64,000 bases of DNA from Gemmatimonadota bacterium (GCA_031382385.1 JANMYS010000174.1:10568-74567), one strand, 5' to 3'. Shown: positions 25,501-34,618, counted from the first letter of the stretch. The notes: a model not told the origin generated them from the letters alone. Translations and numbers: made by a program.

Positions 25501-26556
25501 TTCTGGGCCAGGGGGAGCACTACCAACGCCAGCCTCAAGGTCGGCATCGGCAACAACGGGACCAGTAACCTGCTCAACGCCGAAGCGATCGGCATTGCGC
25601 TCACGACGACCTTCACCAAGTACATCATCCCGCTGCCGGACCCCAGCAAGTTCACCAGCTACGACGGGCTGTTCCATTTCGCCGACGGGCCCAACAACTA
25701 CACCGTCTGGTTCAACGACGTGCAGTACGAGAACCTGCCTTCCAACCTTGTGGCACCGCCCACCGCTGCCCTGGCCGCCTGGCCGAGCCTGACGGTCGCG
25801 GTCGGTACGCCGGCGCAGATGAACCCGGCACCGAACACGGTCAACTGGACCGTGCCGGCGCTGCCCAACGGTGGCAAGCTGACCGATGTAGCCTGGCGCT
25901 GGTACACCCTCACCTCCAGCAACCCCAGCGTTGCCACGGTCAGCGCCGACGGACTGGTCACCGGCGTCTCGGGCGGAACGGCGAACATCACTGCCACCAT
26001 GAACGGCATCGTGGTCTCGGGGAACGCGCCCATCACGGTGACCGCGCCGCTGGGCGTGCCGACCACGATTGCCCCCACGCCGACGGTGAATCCGGCCAAC
26101 GTGATCTCGCTGTTCAGCAGCGCCTACACCAACGTGGGCGTGGACACCTGGCGGACCGGCTGGAGCAGCTGCTGCAACCAACTGGTCGACCCCTACGTGA
26201 TCAGCGGCCATGATGTGAAGCAGTACACCCTGGCCAATTTCGTCGGCGTCGAATTCGGGGTCACCCCCCTGGGGCTCAACACGGTGAACGCGACGACGAT
26301 GACCCACTTCCACGTGGACGTCTGGTCACCCAACCCGTCCAGCAATCTCGAGATCCAGCTCGTCAATGACGCAACCGGGTCAGCGGCGATCGGCCGCTAT
26401 CAGGCGGGGGCCACGGCGAGCGGCAGCTGGGTTTCCCTGGACATCCCGCTGTCGAGTTTCGCCGGGCTGAGCGCCAAGGACAAGCTGCAGCAGCTGCTCT
26501 TCGTCGCGGCGGGACCGACGGTGCTGTACATCGACAACGTCTACTTCCACAACTAG
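22576..26556 (+). CDS. Large surface lipoprotein with repeated putative carbohydrate-binding modules and Big_2 domains
   Basis: GGAG lies 10 nt before the ATG at 22576. The lipobox is 'LVGIVAVGGC'. There are two type-A jelly-roll-like modules ('YSGGAF.A..PR.LS..NALTFWA'). Four type-B modules run from 'VISL[YF]S.AYTN..VDTW' to 'LY.DNVYF'. Three Big_2-like segments are also present ('VAT V..DGL.T.V..G.A.ITA'). Confidence 0.85.
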   Translation: MPPRISSIRVLALVGIVAVGGCTRDLDTLGPAQFPTDAGVFAEGLASGVRFEAFSGAKPDAISDDPSNAHSGALGLKLTVPAPGDPSGSYAGGAFIANVPRDLSGYNALTFWAKASIAASLDVAGLGNDNTGTSKYTAQQTAIALTTSWKKYTIPIPLAAKLTKEGGLFFFAEGPENGAGYSIWLDDMQFETVTTITNPRPVIAPATVSDEVGASLRVGGTSVTFAVEGVDQTLVAAPAYFTFVSSDVAVATVAPDGLITLVGSGSASITAQLGTTPATGTVTLLSVAPPAVAAPVPTDSAVNVISLYSNAYTNNTVDTWSAGFDQADVADVQIAGDDAKKYTNLVFAGIEFITQQVNATAMTGFHLDLFVQNAGQFKVKLVDFGANGAFGGGDDSEHEVTLTTSSTPAITSGSWSSLDIPFSSFPGLTSRAHLAQIIISGSSSTLYLDNVYFFKGSTPPPPTGPTVAAPTPTVASGSVISLFSNAYTNVTVDTWSAVWDNADVADVQVAGNDTKNYTNLVFAGIEFTSAPVDASTMTAFHMDIWTPDPTAAPAVFKVKLVDFGANGTFGGGDDVEHELAFDATTTPALATGNWVGIDVPLSAFTGLTTRGHLAQIVISGTLGTLYMDNVYFYAGGSPPTSPPTPAPTPTKPAGNVISLYSNAYTNVTVDTWSAVWDVADVADVLVVGNDVKQYTNMVFAGIEFTSAPVDASTMTGFHMDIWTPDPTTTGAAFKVKLVDFGADGSFGGGDDVEQELMFTNASTPPLATGSWVGIDVPLSAFTGLVTRAHLAQMVISGTLSTVYVDNVYFYNSGGAPTLSSIAITPNPVNLVPAGTQQLTVTGTYSDASTANLTSGSTFGSSATGVATVSNGGLVTAVAVGTATITATHTASGLTNTVTVNVATGSSGGLVFFGGYDPGVSFVDFGGATNNVSIDATTPNNGRSSLKAVITGSGGYSGGAFVASLPRNLSSFNALTFWARGSTTNASLKVGIGNNGTSNLLNAEAIGIALTTTFTKYIIPLPDPSKFTSYDGLFHFADGPNNYTVWFNDVQYENLPSNLVAPPTAALAAWPSLTVAVGTPAQMNPAPNTVNWTVPALPNGGKLTDVAWRWYTLTSSNPSVATVSADGLVTGVSGGTANITATMNGIVVSGNAPITVTAPLGVPTTIAPTPTVNPANVISLFSSAYTNVGVDTWRTGWSSCCNQLVDPYVISGHDVKQYTLANFVGVEFGVTPLGLNTVNATTMTHFHVDVWSPNPSSNLEIQLVNDATGSAAIGRYQAGATASGSWVSLDIPLSSFAGLSAKDKLQQLLFVAAGPTVLYIDNVYFHN
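23485..25008 (+). repeat. Three tandem ~525-531-bp coding repeats (type-B modules B1-B3); a fourth dispersed copy starts at 26101
   Basis: The units start at 23485, 24010 and 24541. B2 and B3 are visibly about 85-90% identical at the DNA level over long stretches (by eye, not computed). Confidence 0.85.
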
Positions 26557-26790
26557 CCGGGAGGACGGCGCCGCCGCCGGCGGGTTCACGCGGGTCAAGG
26601 AGAGATGGCCGTCACCAGCGGCGCGGTCCCGGAGCTGGTGGCGGTAAACCGGGCCCCGGTCGATATCCCCTCCGGGTATTGACCGGCGTGACGAGATCAA
26701 GGCCTCTGTCGCCCAGTTGATCATTTGGGGCGACCCCAATACGGTCTACCGGGAGTACGTGCAGCTGCACAGGTAATCCTGACCGGGGGG

Positions 26791-26808
26791 ACGGCCCGAA
26801 AGGGCCGT
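26791..26808 (+). promoter_or_regulatory. Stable GNRA-tetraloop hairpin immediately 5' of the ROK gene's Shine-Dalgarno sequence
   Basis: ACGGCCC-GAAA-GGGCCGT forms a 7-bp stem, followed directly by GAGAGG and then the ATG at 26820. Confidence 0.4.
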
Positions 26809-26819
26809 GAGAGGCTACG

Positions 26820-28046
26820 ATGGCCGAATCGACGCTGGCGAAGGCCGGTACCATGCGACCGCGCTCGCTCGCCGATGCAGTGCTGCACCTCATCTGGGAG
26901 CAGCGTCGCATCTCGCGGGCGGAGATTGCCCGCCGTCTGGATCTCTCGCGCTCGACAGTGTCGGAAGTCGTCACCATGCTGCTGGCGACCCGGCTGGTCG
27001 CCGAGGCGGGTGTGGGAGCATCCCGGGGCGGACGCCGCCCGATCGTGCTGGAATTTCAGGACGACGCCTGCCCCATTCTGGGTGTGGATATCGGGGCGTC
27101 GCATGTGTCGGTCGTCCTGACCGATCTCCGCGGCCAGGTGCTCCATTGGGAGCATCGTGACCACCCGGTCCGGGCTGACCCCGATGGGACGCTGGCCCTC
27201 GTCGCCGAGTTCTGCCGGTCCTGTCTGGCAAGCTGGAAGGGACGCCGGCGGCAACTGGTGGGCATCGGTGTCGCGGTGCCGAGTCCGGTGGATATCCGGT
27301 ACCCGGATCGGCTCTCTGCCGTCGCGCTCCCGGCCTGGCAGGGACGCAGCTGGCAGAAGGAACTGGTGGCCCAGTTCGACGTGCCGGTGCTGGTGGACAA
27401 CGATGCGAATCTCGGCGCGCTGGCCGAGCACTGGTGGGGCGCCGGACGCGGGCTGGACGATTTCGCCTACATCAAGATGGCCACCGGCATCGGGTCGGGG
27501 CATTTCGTCGGCGGCCGGATCTATCGCGGTGCGAGCGGGGTGGCGGGGGAGATCGGCCACCTGACCATCGATCCTCGAGGAGAGCTGTGCGGCTGCGGCA
27601 ATCGCGGGTGCCTGACAACGTTCGTCGGCACCCAGGCGCTGGTGACGCTTGCCACGAAGCTGCTGCCTGATTTTCCCGAGAGCACGCTCCACGGCACCAG
27701 GCTGACCATCACCGCCATTGAGGACGCGGCCCTCGCCGACGACCCGCTGGCCCTGCAGGTCGCACATACGGCGGCGCAGCACCTCGGGACCGCGGTGGCC
27801 GGTCTGCTCAACCTGATGAACCCCTCTGCCGTCATCCTGGGCGGAGGATTCACCCGGCTCGGGGAGCGACTGATCGGCCCGCTCCGGGAGACGGTGTACC
27901 GGCGCACCTTCGTGGGCTCGCTGGCCGCCTCCGGGATCCGGACCAGCCAGCTGGGGCCCCAGGATATCGCCATCGGGGCAGCGACCATGGTGCTCGATGC
28001 CGCCCTGACCGATCCGACCCTGTTTCCGACCGCTGGAGCGCGTTAG
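26820..28046 (+). CDS. ROK-family transcriptional regulator (NagC/XylR-like)
   Basis: The N-terminal wHTH is 'ISRAEIARRLDLSRSTVSEVVTMLL'. The ROK sugar-kinase-like core includes 'GVDIGASHVSVVL', 'DNDANLGALAE' and the Zn motif 'GHLTIDPRGELCGCGNRGCL'. Confidence 0.9.
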   Translation: MAESTLAKAGTMRPRSLADAVLHLIWEQRRISRAEIARRLDLSRSTVSEVVTMLLATRLVAEAGVGASRGGRRPIVLEFQDDACPILGVDIGASHVSVVLTDLRGQVLHWEHRDHPVRADPDGTLALVAEFCRSCLASWKGRRRQLVGIGVAVPSPVDIRYPDRLSAVALPAWQGRSWQKELVAQFDVPVLVDNDANLGALAEHWWGAGRGLDDFAYIKMATGIGSGHFVGGRIYRGASGVAGEIGHLTIDPRGELCGCGNRGCLTTFVGTQALVTLATKLLPDFPESTLHGTRLTITAIEDAALADDPLALQVAHTAAQHLGTAVAGLLNLMNPSAVILGGGFTRLGERLIGPLRETVYRRTFVGSLAASGIRTSQLGPQDIAIGAATMVLDAALTDPTLFPTAGAR

Positions 28047-28068
28047 TCACCCTTTCACCCACCGGGCC

Positions 28069-28896
28069 ATGAAGCAACACATCCTGATCCTCGCGGCGGC
28101 AATCGTCGGCATGAACAGTTGCCTCACCGAGCCGAAGCCATTTGCTGTTCTCGATCTGGCCTGGGAAGACAATTTTGATGGGCAGGCAGGGGATCTGCCG
28201 AACCCCGCCAACTGGAAGTTCCAGCTCGGGACTGACTGGGGCAATCAGGAACTCCAGTGCTACACCGACCGGTCGACCAACGCCGCGCTGGACGGCGCCG
28301 GCAATCTGGTGATCACGGCCCGTGCGGAGTCCTATTCCGGACCTGCGTCAGGGATTAGCGGCATTCCCTGTACAGCGAACGGCTACACCTCGGCCCGGCT
28401 GACCACCGAGGGCATCCACGAACAGCAGTACGGGCGGTTCGAGGCGCGGATCAAGATCCCGACCAGCACCGGCATCTGGCCCGCCTTCTGGATGCTTGGC
28501 GCGAATCTGCCCACGGTGAGCTGGCCCAGGGCGGGCGAAATCGACATCCTGGAGAACTTCGGCCGGACACCCAGCTCGGTGTTTGCCTGCCTGCACGGAC
28601 CACGGTATTCGGGGTCGAATTGCCTCACCCGGCGGTATGACCTGCCGTCCGGCCGGTTCGACGCCGACTTCCACATCTTTGCCGTGGAGTGGACCAAGGA
28701 CCGGATCAACTGGTTCGTGGACAGCACGCTGTACCATTCCATCAAGCCGACCTACGCCCCGGGCGAGTGGGTCTTCGATCGTCCGTTCTATCTGATTCTC
28801 AACCTCGCCGTCGGCGGCGGCCCACCGGGCCCGCCGAACGGCACCGCCTTCCCGCAGCAGATGGTTGTTGACTGGGTCCGGGTGTACAAGCCGTGA
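28069..28896 (+). CDS. GH16 endo-beta-1,3(4)-glucanase (laminarinase-like), lipoprotein
   Basis: The lipobox is 'AAAIVGMNSC'. The GH16 catalytic motif is 'GEIDILE' (ExDxxE). 'WPAFWMLG' and 'FAVEW..DRI.WFVD' are also present. Confidence 0.92.
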   Translation: MKQHILILAAAIVGMNSCLTEPKPFAVLDLAWEDNFDGQAGDLPNPANWKFQLGTDWGNQELQCYTDRSTNAALDGAGNLVITARAESYSGPASGISGIPCTANGYTSARLTTEGIHEQQYGRFEARIKIPTSTGIWPAFWMLGANLPTVSWPRAGEIDILENFGRTPSSVFACLHGPRYSGSNCLTRRYDLPSGRFDADFHIFAVEWTKDRINWFVDSTLYHSIKPTYAPGEWVFDRPFYLILNLAVGGGPPGPPNGTAFPQQMVVDWVRVYKP

Positions 28897-30443
28897 GCCT
28901 CCGCTCCCGCCTGAGCGGCGTCGCCCGGCTGGCCCTGGCCGCCTGGCATTCGCGGATCCCGCCGCTTACCGGCGAGAACCGCATCGCCCACTACCAGACT
29001 GCGCCGGAAGACCGCATCTCCTTCCCGCGCAAGCTGGCCTACGGGATGGGCGCCTTTGTGAACAACCTGCTGGCGGCGGCGATCGGGGGGATGATCGTCA
29101 TCCTGAACCTCGGGCTGGGAATGAACCCCGCCCTGGTCGGCCTGCTCGGGGCCATTCCCCGGGTCACTGATGCGCTGATCGATCCGCTGATGGGTTACAT
29201 CTCGGACAATACCCGGTCGCGCTGGGGCCGCCGCCGGCCCTACATCTTCGTCGGCGCCATCCTCTGCGGAATCACCTACGTCATTCTCTGGCACCTGCCG
29301 CCCGGGCGGAGCGAGAGTTTCTACGCCTGGTATTTCCTGGGCTTCTCGATGCTGTTTTATGTGGCGTACACGATCTTCGCCGCGCCGTGGGTCGCCCTGG
29401 GCTACGAACTCACCCCCGACTACCATGAGCGCACCCGGCTCATGGGCGTCCAGAACTTCATCGGTCAGCTGGCGTATGTGGTGTCGCCCTGGTTCCTCTG
29501 GATCATGACCCACAAGGCCTGGTTTCCCGATCCGGCGACCGGGGCGCGCGGATTGTCGATCGCCATCGCCATCGTGACCGTCGGCGTCGGGGTACTCCCG
29601 GCGATCTTCCTCCGGGAACGGTTCAAGCATATCGCGGAAGCGGAACGGGCCGGGGTCGCCCGGGAGTCGGGCGCGGCAGCGCTGCGGCGGAACCTGGCTG
29701 AGTTCTTTCACGGATTCGCCACCACGCTCCGCTCGAAGCCGTTTCGCAAGCTGTGCACCGCGACCTTCCTGGTGTTCAACGGCTTCATCATGATCTCGTC
29801 GTTCCAGCTCTACGTGATCATCTATTACGTCTTCCGCGGCGACAAGGAGCTGGGCGCGAAGTACGCCGGCTACGCCGGCACGCTCGGCGCCGTCTCCACT
29901 TTCGGGGTGATCTACTTCATCACCTGGCTGGGGTGCCAGATCGGCAAGCGGCGCGCCTTTATCGTCTCGACCTCGATCTCGATTATCGGATACGGGCTGA
30001 AATGGTTCTGCTACAGTCCCGAGCACCCGATGCTGCTCCTCCTGCCCGTGCCCCTTATGGCCTTCGGGCTCGGCGGGCTGTTCACGCTGATGGGCTCGAT
30101 GATCGCCGACGTGGTGGACGTCGACGAACTGGAAACCAGGCAGCGACGTGAAGGGATGTTCGGGGCGATCTACTGGTGGGTCGTCAAGCTCGGCATGGCA
30201 GCCGCGCTGGCCGGCGGCGGGTTCCTGCTCAACGCCACCGGGTTCGACGTTGCGCTGGTCGGGGAACAGACGGCCCGGACGATCATCCTGCTGCGGTTGT
30301 CTGACGCGTTGATCCCGATGATCGCGTCGGGAGTCGCGATCTGGGTCTTCTCCACGTATCACATCACGGAGGAGCGGGCCCACGAGGTCCGCCAGGAGCT
30401 CGAACGTCGGCGGGGCAAGCCGGCTGAGGCGCTGGCGACGTAG
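28893..30443 (+). CDS. GPH-family (MelB/GusB-like) glycoside:cation symporter
   Basis: The GTG start overlaps the GH16 stop (GTGA). 'RVTDALIDPLMGYISDNTRSRWGRRRPYI' is the GPH signature. About 12 hydrophobic segments are present. Confidence 0.9.
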   Translation: MSLRSRLSGVARLALAAWHSRIPPLTGENRIAHYQTAPEDRISFPRKLAYGMGAFVNNLLAAAIGGMIVILNLGLGMNPALVGLLGAIPRVTDALIDPLMGYISDNTRSRWGRRRPYIFVGAILCGITYVILWHLPPGRSESFYAWYFLGFSMLFYVAYTIFAAPWVALGYELTPDYHERTRLMGVQNFIGQLAYVVSPWFLWIMTHKAWFPDPATGARGLSIAIAIVTVGVGVLPAIFLRERFKHIAEAERAGVARESGAAALRRNLAEFFHGFATTLRSKPFRKLCTATFLVFNGFIMISSFQLYVIIYYVFRGDKELGAKYAGYAGTLGAVSTFGVIYFITWLGCQIGKRRAFIVSTSISIIGYGLKWFCYSPEHPMLLLLPVPLMAFGLGGLFTLMGSMIADVVDVDELETRQRREGMFGAIYWWVVKLGMAAALAGGGFLLNATGFDVALVGEQTARTIILLRLSDALIPMIASGVAIWVFSTYHITEERAHEVRQELERRRGKPAEALAT

Positions 30444-30460
30444 TCCGCCGGAGGGAAATG

Positions 30461-30492
30461 AAAAAAACCGCCGCGATTACGGCGGTTTTTTT
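30461..30492. terminator. Bidirectional intrinsic terminator between convergent genes
   Basis: AAAAAAA-CCGCCG-CGATTA-CGGCGG-TTTTTTT is a perfect 6-bp stem flanked by an A7 tract and a T7 tract. It lies between the stops at 30443 (+) and 30515 (-). Confidence 0.8.
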
Positions 30493-30514
30493 CTTTGCCT
30501 GTGGCCGCCCGGCT

Positions 30515-32311
30515 CTACCCGATCTTGAGCCCGAAGCCGAGCGGGAAGAGCGGGGTCTTCGGCTCGCTGACGCTGGTGGGCCAGGCGAATGAGAGCGTGC
30601 CCTGGAAATCGTGGTCGCCGAACAGCACGTCGGCCACCCCCTGGCCCTCCGAACCCGGAAGCCAGGCGGCCACGAAGGCCGCGGCCTCGGCGAGTTCCTG
30701 GTTGATCACGAGCGGCCGGCCCGAGACCAGCACGACCACCACGGGAATCTTCCGGGCGGTGATGGTCCGGATGGTCGCCAGGTCTTCCGGATGCAGCTCG
30801 GCTAGCTCGAATGTCGTCCCGTAGGCCGGCAGCTTGGCCGTGCGGCCGCCACCTCCCGAGCCCGCTCCCACCAGATCCGAGGACCGGATGTCGCCGAAGC
30901 CCTCCGCGTACGGCTTCTCCCCGATCACCACGATTGCGACGTCATGCTCTGTCCGATCTGCGGCGGTGCCGTCGACGCTCAGGACCGCGCCGGGAGCCGC
31001 CGCGCGGATCCCTTCCCAGATCGACGTGCCGCCGATGATGAAGTCGTTGCCCGAGGTCCCCTGCCACGCCACGGTGAAGCCGCCGCACTGGTGCCCCCGG
31101 TTGTCCGCGTTCTTGCCGGCGACCAGGATGCGCGCGTTGCGCTTCAGCGGCAGGAGACCGCCGGTGTGCTTGAGCAATACCAGTGATTTGCGGACTGCCT
31201 CTCGTGCCACCTCCCGATGCTCCTTTGCCCCGAGACAGTCACGACGGGACCAGTACCGCTCCGCCGGCCGGGGCCGGTCAAACAGGCCGTACTGGAATTT
31301 CACCCGGAGTATCCGCCGGACCGCATCGTCGATCCGCTCCAGCGGCACCACTCCACTGGCGACGTGCGCCATCAGCTGCTTGAGGCAGCGGCGCCAGTCC
31401 ATCGACACCATGAACATGTCGATCCCGGCGTTGGCGGCCATTGCCACCGCCTCGGCGTAGTCCTCGGAGAGATAGTCAGCGCCGTCCCAGTCGGAGATCA
31501 CGAACCCGGTGAAGCCCAGCCGGTCTTTCAGGACGTCGGTGAGCAGGTAGCGGTGGCCGTGGCACTTCTTGCTGTTCCAGCTGTTGAACGAGGCCATCAC
31601 AGTCAGCACACCCTCGGCCAGCGCGGGGAGGTAAGGCGCGATGTGGACGCGCGACAGCTCCTCCTCCGGCAGGATGGTGTTGCCCTGGTCCTTCCCGCCG
31701 TCGGTGCCGCCGTCACCGACCCAGTGCTTGACGCAGGCGACCACGCTGTCGCGGCCGAGGTCGCCCTGGAGGCCGCGAACGAAGCGGCCGGCGTACGACC
31801 TGACCAGCGCAGTTTCCTCCGAGTAGCTCTCGTAGGTCCGGCCCCAGCGGATGTCGCGGGCCACGGCCAGGGTGGGCGCGAAGGTCCACTCTACCCCGGT
31901 CGCGAGAATCTCGCGGGCGGTCGCCTGGCCGATGCGTTCCACAAGATCGGGGTCGTGCGCCGCGCCGAGGCCGATGTTGTGGGGGAAGACCGTCGCCCCC
32001 AGCACATTGGCGTGCCCGTGGATGGCGTCGACACCATAGAGCAGCGGAATCGCCAGCCGGCCGCCGTCGGTGCTCATCGATGCGAGCCAGTACGCATCAT
32101 TCATGGCGATCCAGTCGGCCGGCCGGTTCTGCCCCGGGGTGGACCCGCCGCCGCTCAGGATCGAGCCGAGGTGATGGGCCTTCAGATCGTCCGGAGTGGC
32201 GGCCATCCGTTCGGTCTGGATCATCTGGCCGACCTTCTGGTCCAGGGACATCCGGGCCAGCAGCTGCTCGACCTTGTGCGAGATCGCGTTGTCGTCGGTA
32301 GATGCGCTCAT
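30515..32311 (-). CDS. GH3 beta-glucosidase / exo-beta-glucanase, cytoplasmic (no signal peptide)
   Basis: The ATG at 32311 was verified. Motifs are 'SLDQKVGQM', 'LLYGVDAIHGH', 'RWGRTYESYSE', 'KHWVGDGGT' and 'GFVISDWDG' (nucleophile Asp). Confidence 0.92.
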   Translation of the reverse strand: MSASTDDNAISHKVEQLLARMSLDQKVGQMIQTERMAATPDDLKAHHLGSILSGGGSTPGQNRPADWIAMNDAYWLASMSTDGGRLAIPLLYGVDAIHGHANVLGATVFPHNIGLGAAHDPDLVERIGQATAREILATGVEWTFAPTLAVARDIRWGRTYESYSEETALVRSYAGRFVRGLQGDLGRDSVVACVKHWVGDGGTDGGKDQGNTILPEEELSRVHIAPYLPALAEGVLTVMASFNSWNSKKCHGHRYLLTDVLKDRLGFTGFVISDWDGADYLSEDYAEAVAMAANAGIDMFMVSMDWRRCLKQLMAHVASGVVPLERIDDAVRRILRVKFQYGLFDRPRPAERYWSRRDCLGAKEHREVAREAVRKSLVLLKHTGGLLPLKRNARILVAGKNADNRGHQCGGFTVAWQGTSGNDFIIGGTSIWEGIRAAAPGAVLSVDGTAADRTEHDVAIVVIGEKPYAEGFGDIRSSDLVGAGSGGGGRTAKLPAYGTTFELAELHPEDLATIRTITARKIPVVVVLVSGRPLVINQELAEAAAFVAAWLPGSEGQGVADVLFGDHDFQGTLSFAWPTSVSEPKTPLFPLGFGLKIG

Positions 32312-32328
32312 GGTGGCGTCTTGGGGTT

Positions 32329-34569
32329 TCACGAAGAGTGGGAGTTGGTGAGGACAAAGTCGGTGCGCAGGTCCGCGGTGGAATTCCCGCCGATCCATGC
32401 ATGGAACTGCCCGGGTTCGATCGTGAGCCGCATGGTGCGGCCGTAGAATGCGAGGTCGCTGGCCGTCAGGCGAAAAGATATTGTCCGCTGCTCTCCCGGA
32501 GCGAGGCGCACCTTCTCGAAGGCCTTGAGCTCGCGCACTGGCCGGGTCACGCTGGCGGCCAGGTCCCGCAGGTAGAGCTGGACCACTTCCTCGGCCTCCC
32601 GTTCACCGCGGTTGGTGACATCGGCGGTGAGGACGATGGTATCGTCCATGGTCATCACCGGATTGCTGACCCGGATGTTCGCGTACTCGAAGACCGTGTA
32701 GGAGAGACCGAATCCGAACGGGAACAGGGGGGTGTAACTCACATCGAGATGAAACGAGGTGTTCCCGACCGAGAGCTGTGGGGCCCGGGCCTCGATGTCA
32801 TCGATGTGGGCAAAGGTCTCCGGCGTCGGTGGTTTGCCGGTGTGCTTGTGAGCGTAGTAGATCGGGATCTGTCCCGTGACTCGCGGGAAGGTGACGGGGA
32901 GCCTGCCCGAGGGCACGGCGATGCCGAAGAGAAGGTCGGCGATTGCCGGTCCACCCATGGTGCCAGGGTGCCAGGCATAGAGCAGCGCCTGGACGTGGCC
33001 CAGAATGCGCTCCAGCGCGAGTGGCCGGCCGGCCATCAGGACGAGGACGATAGGCTTGCCCGTAGCGGCGACGGCGGCGATCAGCTCCTCCTGCGCACCG
33101 GGCAGCCCGATGTCGGCGCGGCAGTGGGCCTCGCCCGACAGGATGGCTTCCTCGCCCAGGAACAGAATGACCGCGTCGGACCGTTCCGCCAGTGCGACGG
33201 CATCGGAGAAGCCGGACCGGTCCCGGCTGCGCGTCGTCTCGAGCCCCCGGACATGCTCGACGCTGACCCGGTCGCCCAGCAGTTCTCGGATCGATTGCAG
33301 CGCGGTCCGGCTGTGCCGTGCGTCGCCGTCAAAGATCCAGGTCCCCAACTGCTCATGCGGATCGTCGGCCAGCGGCCCGATCACGGCCAGGGTCTGCAGC
33401 GACTCGGCGGACAGCGGCAGGGTGCCATGGTCATTCTTGAGCAGCACCATGCTTTCGACGGCGGCTTCACGCGCGGCCCGGAGGTGTTCGGGATTGGCGG
33501 CGACCGGAAACTGGCCGGGATCGGTATACGGGCTGTCGAAGAGCCCGAGGCGCAACTTGGTGCGGAGCACATTCCCCGCCATGGTGTCGAGCTGCACGGA
33601 TGAAATGCGCCCCTCCTGGACCAGCGACAGGAGGTGGTCGGCGTAGGTGGTGCTGTTCATCTCCACGTCGCACCCGGCGTTGGCCGCCTCGTAGGCGGAC
33701 TCCCGATCGTCAGCGGTCAGGCCATGCACGGCCAGCTGACGAACCGAATCCCAGTCGCTCACCACGAAGCCGTCGTAGTGCCACTCGTCGCGCAGGATGC
33801 CCTTGAGCAGCATCTCGTTGCCGGTGGCGGGCACGCCGTTGAGATCGCTGAACGAAGTCATGATGCTCGCTGCCCCGGCATCCACCGCCGCCTTGAACGG
33901 CGGGAGGTGGACGTTGCGCAACTCATGCTCGGGAATGTTCGTCGTGTTGTAGTCCTTGCCGCTTTCGCATGCACCATAGCCCGCGAAGTGCTTGGCACAG
34001 GCGGCAATGCTGCCGGGCTCGGAGAGCCGCTCGCCCTGGAAGCCGGAGACCATCGCGGCACCGAGCAGGCTGGTCAGCCAGGGGTCCTCCCCCAGCGACT
34101 CCGCCACCCGCCCCCAGCGGGGGTCGCGAGCGATATCGATCATCGGGGCGAAGGTCCAGTTCACCCCCGAGGCGGCGGCCTCGAGCGCGGCGATCCGTGC
34201 TCCGCGCGCGATGAGATCGGGATTCCAGGATGCGGCCTGACCCAGCGGGATGGGAAAGACGGTGGTGAAGCCGTGAATGACGTCCCGGCCGATCAGGAGG
34301 GGAATCCCGAGCCGGCTCTCTTCCACCGCGATGCGCTGCAGCTCGTTGACCGTCTCCACCTGAACTTCGTTCAGGATGGCCCCGACCCGCCCCTCACGCA
34401 GGGCCTGGTGCAGGTGATCGGGCACCGCTCCCCCCGCCGCCGGCACCAGCGCCAGCTGGCCGATCTTCTCCTCCAGCGTCATCTGTCGCAGCAGCTCGTC
34501 GATCCGCTGCTCGAGGAGTGCCGGATCGTCCGCCGGCTCGCTCAGGTCGGTAACCGGGCCCGTTGCCAT
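32329..34569 (-). CDS. bglX: GH3 beta-glucosidase BglX-like with a C-terminal Fn3-like domain, cytoplasmic
   Basis: The ATG at 34569 was verified. Motifs are 'TLEEKIGQL', 'IGRDVIHG', 'DPRWGRVAESLGEDP', 'KHFAGYG', 'GFVVSDWDS' and 'VVQLYLRD...ELKAFEKV.L.PGE'. Confidence 0.92.
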   Translation of the reverse strand: MATGPVTDLSEPADDPALLEQRIDELLRQMTLEEKIGQLALVPAAGGAVPDHLHQALREGRVGAILNEVQVETVNELQRIAVEESRLGIPLLIGRDVIHGFTTVFPIPLGQAASWNPDLIARGARIAALEAAASGVNWTFAPMIDIARDPRWGRVAESLGEDPWLTSLLGAAMVSGFQGERLSEPGSIAACAKHFAGYGACESGKDYNTTNIPEHELRNVHLPPFKAAVDAGAASIMTSFSDLNGVPATGNEMLLKGILRDEWHYDGFVVSDWDSVRQLAVHGLTADDRESAYEAANAGCDVEMNSTTYADHLLSLVQEGRISSVQLDTMAGNVLRTKLRLGLFDSPYTDPGQFPVAANPEHLRAAREAAVESMVLLKNDHGTLPLSAESLQTLAVIGPLADDPHEQLGTWIFDGDARHSRTALQSIRELLGDRVSVEHVRGLETTRSRDRSGFSDAVALAERSDAVILFLGEEAILSGEAHCRADIGLPGAQEELIAAVAATGKPIVLVLMAGRPLALERILGHVQALLYAWHPGTMGGPAIADLLFGIAVPSGRLPVTFPRVTGQIPIYYAHKHTGKPPTPETFAHIDDIEARAPQLSVGNTSFHLDVSYTPLFPFGFGLSYTVFEYANIRVSNPVMTMDDTIVLTADVTNRGEREAEEVVQLYLRDLAASVTRPVRELKAFEKVRLAPGEQRTISFRLTASDLAFYGRTMRLTIEPGQFHAWIGGNSTADLRTDFVLTNSHSS

Positions 34570-34618
34570 GGCAGAAATTGGTCGGGATTCTCGGCGGCTG
34601 GACCGAGCCGCCGGTGTC

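Noticed and set aside
26605-26682. A 25-codon ORF ('MAVTSGAVPELVAVNRAPVDIPSGY') after AAGGAG, in the gap between the CBM lipoprotein and ROK genes. It could be a leader peptide.
   Set aside because: The SD-like sequence is only 2 nt from the ATG. There is no attenuator-type alternative pairing or regulatory codon run that I could see. It is too short to evaluate without conservation data.
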